Origin: an uncultured Gemmatimonadales bacterium
GTDB taxonomy: Bacteria > Gemmatimonadota > Gemmatimonadetes > Longimicrobiales > RSA9
Assembly: GCA_963798845.1 (NCBI GenBank)
Contig: CAWCUS010000003.1
Span: 64,001-128,000 of the forward strand
Direction: 5' to 3'
DNA length: 64,000 bases
Shown: positions 57,721-64,000 of the stretch, piece after piece
How the letters are laid out: each line of letters opens with the position of its first letter
Position numbering within the stretch: the stretch's first letter is position 1
Notes under the pieces: generated by a model
What the model was told of the DNA's origin: nothing
Database searches by the model: none
What the model saw: only the letters and a program-made list of their open reading frames with translations
Translations under genes and position numbers: made by a program

Positions 57721-59092
57721 GACCTGGAACATGCCCGGGCGGTGCGCTGCGGAAGCCGCCTCCCTCGATCCCGTACTTCTTCATCTTGCGCCAGAGGGTG
57801 GTGCGGCTGATGCGGAGTTCGTGGGCGGTTCGCCCCTGGTGTCCGTGGTTGCGGCTGAGGGCGAGGCGAATGGCGTCGGCCTCGCTGTCTTCGAGGGGGC
57901 GGGCGGGGCGGTGCTGGGTGGCGGTTTCGCCCTGGATGTCCTCGGGGAGGTGGCGGACGTCGATGAAGCGGTTGTGGCAGAGGACGAACGCGTACTCGAT
58001 GATGTTCTCGAGCTCGCGCACGTTGCCGGGGAAGTCGTGGCGCATGAGGATCTCCATGACCGCCGGCGTGACGCCCTGGATGCTCTTGGCCTGCTTGGCG
58101 TTGAAGCGTTCGACGAAGTGGGCGACGAGGTGAGGGATGTCCTCGCGGCGCTTCAGGAGCGGCGGTATGGAGAGGCGGACGACGGCGAGGCGGAAGTAGA
58201 GGTCGTCGCGGAACTGCGAGTCGGCGACGAGGCGGGCGAGGTCCTGGTTGGTGGCGGCGACGATGCGGATGTCGGCGCGGATGGTCTGGACGCTGCCCAG
58301 GGGGCTGTACTCCCGCTGCTGCACGAGCCGGAGCAGCTTCACCTGAGTCTCGTGGGGGAGCTCCCCGATCTCGTCGAAGAAGATGGTGCCGCCCTGCGCC
58401 TGCGTGATCCGCCCCGGCTTGTCCTGACGGGCGTCGGTGAAGGCGCCACGCTTGTAGCCGAAGAGCTCCGACTCGAAGAGGTTGGTCGGGAGCGTTCCGC
58501 AGTTCACGACGACGTACGGCCGGTCGCGACGAGGGCTGAGGTTGTGGATCGCGCGGGCGAGCAGCTCTTTCCCGGACCCGCTCGGCCCCTCGATGAGTAC
58601 CGTGCTGTCGCTGGCGGCGATGTCGGGGAGGAGCGCGAAGATCTTCTGGAACGCCTCGCTTCGCCCGATGATGTCCTCGAACGTGTAGCGGCCGTGGATC
58701 TCGCGGCGCAGCTGCTCGAGGGTGGACATGTCGCGGAACGTCTCGACGGCCCCCAGCAACGTGCCGTCGCGGGCACGGAGCACCGCACTGCTCACCGCGA
58801 TGGGAACGGAGCGGCCGCGCCGTGTGAGGATGCGGGCTGGCCGGTCGATGACCTCGTGGTCCTGCTCGAGGGACTCACGGAGCGGACACGCGCACTCGCA
58901 CAGGTCGGAGTGGAACACGTCGGAGCAGCGCCGTCCGACGGCGCGCTCGGCGGACACGCCCGTGATGCGGGCGGCGGCCGGGTTGAACGACGTGATCCGC
59001 CATTCCCGGTCGACCGTGAAAACGCCCTCCGTGACGCAGCGGAGGACCGTCTCGAAGAACCGGTTCTCGTCTCCCAGGTCCTGTTTGGCCAT
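57716..59092 (-). CDS. PAS-domain sigma54-dependent transcriptional activator (OrpR-like Cys-rich PAS)
   Basis: PAS with CSDVFHSDLCECACP; GPSGSGKE, ESELFG, GAFTDA, FDEIGE, FRDDLYFRL, PGNVREL; Fis-type HTH ISRTTLWRKMKKY. Confidence 0.93.
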   Translation of the reverse strand: MAKQDLGDENRFFETVLRCVTEGVFTVDREWRITSFNPAAARITGVSAERAVGRRCSDVFHSDLCECACPLRESLEQDHEVIDRPARILTRRGRSVPIAVSSAVLRARDGTLLGAVETFRDMSTLEQLRREIHGRYTFEDIIGRSEAFQKIFALLPDIAASDSTVLIEGPSGSGKELLARAIHNLSPRRDRPYVVVNCGTLPTNLFESELFGYKRGAFTDARQDKPGRITQAQGGTIFFDEIGELPHETQVKLLRLVQQREYSPLGSVQTIRADIRIVAATNQDLARLVADSQFRDDLYFRLAVVRLSIPPLLKRREDIPHLVAHFVERFNAKQAKSIQGVTPAVMEILMRHDFPGNVRELENIIEYAFVLCHNRFIDVRHLPEDIQGETATQHRPARPLEDSEADAIRLALSRNHGHQGRTAHELRISRTTLWRKMKKYGIEGGGFRSAPPGHVPGL

Positions 59093-59196
59093 CGGCGCCT
59101 CCCCGGCCGCTACGGCCCCCGCTCCCCGCTCCACCTCCGACTCGGTCCCCGTTGCCGGCGCGAATCGCCAGGCCGCGCCGGCGGGGTGCCCGCCGC

Positions 59197-60798
59197 TCAG
59201 TGCATCTCCCAGTGAATGAACGGCTCCTTGACGTCCACCATGGCGTTGACGATGAGCTCCACCAGTCCGCCGTAGGTGATGCCGCTCTTCTCGAGCGCGC
59301 CGTAGTACTCCAGCATGTCCCGGATCTGCCCCTTGCAGTTGGAGCACGGGGCACACACGTACTTCTTCACGTCCGGCCCGGGCTGGTCCGCGAAGGCGTC
59401 CAGGAACTGCTTGAACTTCATGCGCCCGCCCACGCTCACGCGCCAGTCCGTGAAGTTGTTCGGGCTCATCACCGCGAAGCCGCTCCCGCCGCCGCAGCAG
59501 TAGTTGTCCACGCCGTGAGGCGTCATCTCCCGGAACTGCGGGCAGAGGTAGCGCAGGATTCGCCGCTGTGGCTCCACGATCCCGAGGTTGCGGACGATGT
59601 TGCACGGGTCGTGGAGGGTGACGGGGAAATCGTTCTTGGACGGGTCGAACTGGATCTTCCCGCTGAACACGATCTGCTCCAGCAACGTGAAGCAGCTCTC
59701 GCGCGGCACCGACAGCTCGCCGGTTAGGACGCGGTCCGCGATGGTCACCAGTGCCTTGTGCTGGTGGCCGCACTCGCCCATGACGATGCGGTTCACCTTC
59801 AGCTTTCTCGCCGTCTGCGCGTGGCGCAGGGCGATGCGGGCGAGCTGCATGTCGTCGTAGAAGAGGCCGTAGTTCACGCCGTCGTAGCCCACCGTGTCGG
59901 ACGCCAGCGTCCAGCTGATGCCTGCCGCGTTCAGGACAATCGCGAACGCCCCGGGGTTCTCCGGCCACGCGAGGATCTCGCCCGCGTTGTGGATCAGCAG
60001 GACATCCGCCTCTTCCTCGTCGAAGGGCGTGTGCGCGTTCTGCCCCGTGGCCTCCTCCATGTCCTCGTCGATGAACTCGATGTTGTCCTTCACCACCACC
60101 GGATTCATCCCCGTGGAGCTCCCCACTTCGAGCTGCAGCACGGTCCCCTTCTCGTGCAGCTCCTTCGGGGCCCAGCCCAGCTCCTGGCTGAACAGCTTGC
60201 GCAGCTCGTGCGTGATCAGCCCGTTGTCCACTCCGATGGGACACGCCTGCGCGCATCGCCGGCACATCGTGCACCGGTACGCGAGCTCGTACAGGCGCGT
60301 GATCGTCGCCCAGTTCAGCTCAATGTCCTCCCCCTTCAGCTTCGCCAGCGCCGCGCTCCCCGGCTTCACGTACTTCCGCACCAGCCGGCGCAGGACCTCG
60401 GACCGGTAGGTGGGGCGGTAGATGTCGTTGCGCCCGCTCATCACGTAAACGGGGCACGACTCGTTGCACGTCTGGCAGCTCACGCAGTACTCGGCCGACA
60501 GGATCAACGGCTGGAGGAAGGTCCAGTTGTTCTCCTTCGAGAAGAGCTTCTTCATGCCCGACTCGAAACGGTCCACGCACGCCTGCTTCTCCTCCTCCGT
60601 AGCGGGCTGCGGAATGCTCACCCCCACGAAGCCGTCCAGGTTGCAGACCATCCGCTCCCGGGCCTCCGGCTTGATCTCCTTCCACGCCGGATCCTTGTCG
60701 TAGGGCGGCGGCAGCGGCGGCAGATCCTCCACCGACACGGGGGACAGCACTTCGTTCTCACGCCGACTGATATCCTTCACACTCACGGGGATCTTCAT
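59197..60798 (-). CDS. dsrK: DsrK-like heterodisulfide reductase-related Fe-S protein
   Basis: CVSCQTCNESCP, CTMCRRCAQACP, MGECGH, TLHDPCN, NYCCGGGSGFA, CAPCSNCKGQ; coupled to a dsrM-like gene beside rex and aprBA. Confidence 0.75.
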   Translation of the reverse strand: MKIPVSVKDISRRENEVLSPVSVEDLPPLPPPYDKDPAWKEIKPEARERMVCNLDGFVGVSIPQPATEEEKQACVDRFESGMKKLFSKENNWTFLQPLILSAEYCVSCQTCNESCPVYVMSGRNDIYRPTYRSEVLRRLVRKYVKPGSAALAKLKGEDIELNWATITRLYELAYRCTMCRRCAQACPIGVDNGLITHELRKLFSQELGWAPKELHEKGTVLQLEVGSSTGMNPVVVKDNIEFIDEDMEEATGQNAHTPFDEEEADVLLIHNAGEILAWPENPGAFAIVLNAAGISWTLASDTVGYDGVNYGLFYDDMQLARIALRHAQTARKLKVNRIVMGECGHQHKALVTIADRVLTGELSVPRESCFTLLEQIVFSGKIQFDPSKNDFPVTLHDPCNIVRNLGIVEPQRRILRYLCPQFREMTPHGVDNYCCGGGSGFAVMSPNNFTDWRVSVGGRMKFKQFLDAFADQPGPDVKKYVCAPCSNCKGQIRDMLEYYGALEKSGITYGGLVELIVNAMVDVKEPFIHWEMH

Positions 60799-61709
60799 TT
60801 CCCCACCTCCGACGTCGCGATGTCCACCCAGTTCTTCGATCCGTCCGCGCCGACGTGCTTGGCCGACCACGTCACCTTCTGCTGAAGCAGCTCGAGCACT
60901 TCCGCTTCCAGCTTCCCGCCCACTTCCAGCGGATGGTCCTCCCACCGCACCTGGTGGTACGTGAAGTACTTCGCCACGAAATGCATCATCTGGCTGAACG
61001 GCAGGTACGCCAGGAACACACCGGTCAGCACCACGTGCGCCGCCAGCGGCCCCGGAACCGGCGTGGATGCGTCCCCGGTCAGGAGCGCCCCGGCCACGCC
61101 GAGCGCCCGCATCCCGAACGATGGGACGGTCACAACCGCCCAGACGCCCGTGCCGAACAGCGCCAGCAGGAGCACCAGGTTGAAGTACGCCACCCGGCTC
61201 GTCATCACCCTCAGGTCCCGCATCGCGACCCGACTCACCAGCAGTCCCAGTGCCCCCACGCCGCCGAGAACGAAGGCGACGCCCGCCAGAACGGTCAGCG
61301 CCGTCCCGACCACCGGAGCCGTCGCCGACGCCACGCCCAGCAGCCCCAGCACCGCCGCGAGCAGCGCCAGCCCGGTCAGCCCCATCAGCACGTACAGCCC
61401 CACGTGGAACGGGTACGACGACCACCACAGCTTCCGGTTGTGCTCCCACAGCGCCTTCAGGAACAGAATCTCGGTCAGCATGTAGGACAACTCTCCCCAG
61501 AGCGACTCCTCGCGCGGCTTCTTCCACCACTCGTACTCTTCCAGATACGAGCCGCCGTAGCGGCTTCGGCCCTTCTCCTTCGGCACCGGGGCCAGCTCCC
61601 AACGCAGGTGAACCGGCAGCCTCGCCAGTCGTACCGAGCGGATCACGAACGCGAGGACGAACGTGCCGAAGAGGACGTAACCAACAGCTAGCAGAACGGG
61701 ACCGGACAT
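60795..61709 (-). CDS. dsrM: DsrM-like NarI-family cytochrome b membrane subunit
   Basis: PVHLRWELAPVP, YPFHVGLY, AAHV, YLPFSQMMHFVAKYFTYH, TWSAKH. Confidence 0.75.
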   Translation of the reverse strand: MSGPVLLAVGYVLFGTFVLAFVIRSVRLARLPVHLRWELAPVPKEKGRSRYGGSYLEEYEWWKKPREESLWGELSYMLTEILFLKALWEHNRKLWWSSYPFHVGLYVLMGLTGLALLAAVLGLLGVASATAPVVGTALTVLAGVAFVLGGVGALGLLVSRVAMRDLRVMTSRVAYFNLVLLLALFGTGVWAVVTVPSFGMRALGVAGALLTGDASTPVPGPLAAHVVLTGVFLAYLPFSQMMHFVAKYFTYHQVRWEDHPLEVGGKLEAEVLELLQQKVTWSAKHVGADGSKNWVDIATSEVGK

Positions 61710-61803
61710 CGTGTTCATCTCCGGAGCGCAGTGATCGTGGCGCCTGCTGAACGCCCGCGCCGCCTCTGTTCTCGACATCGCGGGCGTGCGCGCGCGTGCC
61801 CAA

Positions 61804-61854
61804 TCGTGGCAAACGTCACGAATAGAGCTTGCGCTGATCTCTCTCCGGCGTCAA
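61804..61854 (-). promoter_or_regulatory. dsrMK-like operon promoter with Rex-like box
   Basis: Minus strand TTGACG-N17-CAAGCT; box TCGTGGCAAACGTCACGA at 61804-61821. Confidence 0.72.
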
Positions 61855-61895
61855 GTCCCTCGTCCGGCGGGTGGGCGCCGGCGCAGGGCGCGCAA

Positions 61896-61945
61896 TCGTG
61901 CCAAGTGTCACGAGGGTTGACCTTTCGGCGAACAGGCACCAGCAT
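61896..61945 (+). promoter_or_regulatory. rex promoter with Rex-like box (autoregulation)
   Basis: Box TCGTGCCAAGTGTCACGA at 61896-61913, then TTGACC-N17-CAGCAT. Confidence 0.72.
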
Positions 61946-62021
61946 TCACGTTGAATGGCAGAAGTCGGCCGCACGGCCGCCGGGTGGTCGCGCGGCCCTT
62001 TCACGGGAGGCTGTTTCCACA

Positions 62022-62732
62022 GTGGCACGCTTGCGCAGGGTCGTCCTCGAGCGCCTCATCCGGTACTACCGGTACCTGACCGAAGTCACGGCGAAGCGGC
62101 CGCTCCAGACGATCACGAGCGGACAGCTTGCCACGGTGCTGGACGTGGACGCGAGCCAGGTGCGGAAGGACTTCAGCGCGGTGGGACTGGTCGGCGTGAG
62201 CCGCGTCGGTTACGACGTGTGCGAGGTCTGCCGCACCATCCGGAGCGAGCTTGGATTCGACAACACGTACGAGGCCGTGGTGGTCGGCGCCGGCCACCTC
62301 GGCGTGGCGCTGGCGAACTATGGTGGGTTCGACCGATACGGGCTGCGCGTGGTGGCGGCGTTCGACAGCAACCCCGACGTCATAGGCGAGCGGTTCGGCC
62401 AGGTGGCGGTTCGCTCGGTCCACGACCTGAAGGGGTTCGTGGAGGAGCGCCGGATCCCGGCGGCGATCCTGACCACCCCCGCGAGCGTGGCGCAGTCCCT
62501 GGCCGATCTCCTCGTCATGGCCGGGGTGAAGGCCATCTGGAACTTCACCCCCACTCGCCTGAACGTCCCCGATCACGTCCTGGCCCGGAACGAACACATC
62601 TCCGTCGGCCTCGCCGAGATCTCCTTCCACCTCAGCGGCGTTCTCGACCGCGACCGACCCGGCAACACGGTCGGGCTCTGCTGCGCGGAGAACAACGTCG
62701 CCCCTTCCCTGGCGGGCCGCCGCCGCCGCTAG
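62022..62732 (+). CDS. rex: Redox-sensing transcriptional repressor Rex
   Basis: RLIRYYRYL, ITSGQLA, SQVRKDFS, VGY, Rossmann VVGAGHLG, GVKAIWNFTP; GTG start after GGGAGG. Confidence 0.95.
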   Translation: MARLRRVVLERLIRYYRYLTEVTAKRPLQTITSGQLATVLDVDASQVRKDFSAVGLVGVSRVGYDVCEVCRTIRSELGFDNTYEAVVVGAGHLGVALANYGGFDRYGLRVVAAFDSNPDVIGERFGQVAVRSVHDLKGFVEERRIPAAILTTPASVAQSLADLLVMAGVKAIWNFTPTRLNVPDHVLARNEHISVGLAEISFHLSGVLDRDRPGNTVGLCCAENNVAPSLAGRRRR

Positions 62733-62890
62733 CCCGCGAAACGCCGGGCGCCGCCTCGTCGACGAGCCCCGCCCGGCACCGCCAGTGAGCGCACGCCCCC
62801 GATCCCCCGCAACCCCCCGCCGGCCAGGCGCATCCCTCTGGCAACGCGGGACTTCCGCTCCCCGGTCCTCAACCCCCATCAAGGACCCTC

Positions 62891-62943
62891 TTGACAACCT
62901 GCAGTCCTCCCCCCTATAGATCGATTCGTGATTCTTATCTCGA
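62891..62943 (+). promoter_or_regulatory. aprBA promoter with Rex-like box at the start site
   Basis: Perfect TTGACA, 18-nt spacer, TATAGA; box TCGTGATTCTTATCTCGA at 62926-62943. Confidence 0.75.
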
Positions 62944-63103
62944 ATTCGTCGCTGGCCCCCTACCTCGCGGCCAATCGGGATGAATCGCGGGCCCGCCGGC
63001 CGCTTCGGCGCCGGGCCCGATGTTCACTTTCGACCCCCGCGCCGGGCGCGCAGGGTCCACGGAGGAAGCAGGAGTTGGAGCAGGGTGTTTTTTTTGTGGT
63101 TTT

Positions 63104-63121
63104 TCGTGATTGCTTTCACAG
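63104..63121 (+). promoter_or_regulatory. Second Rex-like box in the aprB leader
   Basis: TCGTGATTGCTTTCACAG, 47 nt upstream of the aprB start. Confidence 0.65.
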
Positions 63122-63168
63122 ATCACGACCCCTCTGGCGCGCTGGCCCGCGCGGAAAGGACGGAAGAC

Positions 63169-63636
63169 ATGCCGAGCTTCGTGATCCCGGACAAATGTGA
63201 CGGCTGCAAGGCGCTCGACAAGACTGCCTGTCAGTACATTTGCCCGAACGACCTCATGGTGCTGAACAAGGACACCATGAAGGCCTACAACCAGGACCCG
63301 TCGATGTGCTGGGAGTGCTACAGCTGCGTGAAGATCTGCCCGAACCAGGCGATCGAGGTGCGCGGCTACGCCGATTTCGTGCCCATGGGCGCGAAGGTGT
63401 CGGCGATGCGGAGCTCCGAGGACATCATGTGGACGATCCAGTTCCGCGACTCTCAGATCCGGCCGAAGCGGTTCAAGTTCCCGATCCGCAGGGGCGTGGC
63501 CGAGGGTCAGGCGGATCCGTTCGGTCACTATTCCACCGGCGACAACGACATCAAGAGCCCCACCCTCATGTCCGAGCCGGAGGGGCTGAACACGGAGCGT
63601 GGTCCGCTGAAGTTCGACGCGGTCCCGACGCTGTGA
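63169..63636 (+). CDS. aprB: Adenylylsulfate reductase beta subunit
   Basis: MPSFVIPDKCDGCKALDKTACQYICPNDLM, CWECYSCVKICP, VRGYADF, IMWT, KRFKFPIR. Confidence 0.97.
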   Translation: MPSFVIPDKCDGCKALDKTACQYICPNDLMVLNKDTMKAYNQDPSMCWECYSCVKICPNQAIEVRGYADFVPMGAKVSAMRSSEDIMWTIQFRDSQIRPKRFKFPIRRGVAEGQADPFGHYSTGDNDIKSPTLMSEPEGLNTERGPLKFDAVPTL

Positions 63637-63691
63637 TCGGGAGCGGTTTGCGACGCGGGAATCGACAGCGAATCCAAGGAGACAAGGGACA

Positions 63692-64000
63692 ATGGCGGAC
63701 TTCGAGACTGTAGTCGTCGACACCGACCTCCTGATCTGCGGGGGCGGGATGGCCGCGTGTGGCGCGGCCGTGGAGGCGTCGTACTGGGCGCAGCAGAACG
63801 GTCTGAAGGTGACCGTTGTGGACAAGGCGGCCATGGACCGCTCTGGCGCGGTGGCCATGGGGCTGAGCGCGATCAACCAGTACGTGGATCTGAACAGCGG
63901 GAAGAACACCCTGAAGGACTACTGCGACTACGTGCGCAACGACCTGATGGGGATCACGCGCGAGGACCTGGTGGCGAGCATCGCGCGGCACGTGGATGAC
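63692..64000 (+). CDS. aprA: Adenylylsulfate reductase alpha subunit, 3' truncated by window edge
   Basis: Own translation: MADFETVVVDTDLLICGGGMAACGAAVEA...VDKAAMDRSGAVAMGLSAINQY...YVRNDLMGITREDLV..IARHVD. Confidence 0.96.
   Translation, partial: MADFETVVVDTDLLICGGGMAACGAAVEASYWAQQNGLKVTVVDKAAMDRSGAVAMGLSAINQYVDLNSGKNTLKDYCDYVRNDLMGITREDLVASIARHVDD

Noticed and set aside
57716..61812. Apparent long fusions in the ORF track (57716-60274, 59197-61812; likewise 50949-52562, 1006-2403)
   Set aside because: The N-terminal extensions overlap upstream genes in other frames; real starts are at coupled ATGs (59092, 60798, 52088, 1770)
1..64000. tRNA, rRNA, IS elements, prophage genes, selenocysteine read-through
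   Set aside because: No recognisable signatures; the Fe-S oxidoreductase ORFs are uninterrupted by in-frame TGA

Overview
High-GC bacterial chromosomal window (about 70% GC by eye). Gemmatimonadota is my inference from gene content (ADOP-type permease, DUF5715, M16 peptidase pair); no marker gene is present to confirm it. I found no rRNA, tRNA, transposase, integrase or CRISPR array. The left 40 kb holds housekeeping and accessory genes: cyclophilin, a Co/Ni ECF transporter (cbiMQO), tesB, lhr-nei, two tandem hexaheme lipoprotein cytochromes with collagen-like stalks, and a succinate CoA-transferase/methylmalonyl-CoA epimerase/Na+-pumping decarboxylase (mmdADCB-like) operon. It also contains a 26-bp tandem repeat and a gene-free stretch at 29.15-29.70 kb with a candidate structured ncRNA next to a DnaA-box-like cluster. 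The right 24 kb is a dissimilatory sulfur island: aprB and the start of aprA, rex, a dsrMK-like pair, a Cys-PAS sigma54 activator in front of a compact Hmc-like complex whose NrfD-type subunit is fused to a hexaheme cytochrome, and YeiH and TauE transporters. With the TauE gene sit a histidine kinase and an unusual PEP-synthase-like (ATP-grasp + phospho-His) protein fused to a receiver domain. Seven copies of an 18-bp TCGTG-N8-CACGA-type palindrome (Rex-like box) lie at promoters across this island, linking the uncharacterised transporter/phosphorelay module to sulfate respiration. All calls come from reading motifs by eye; no database search was run.
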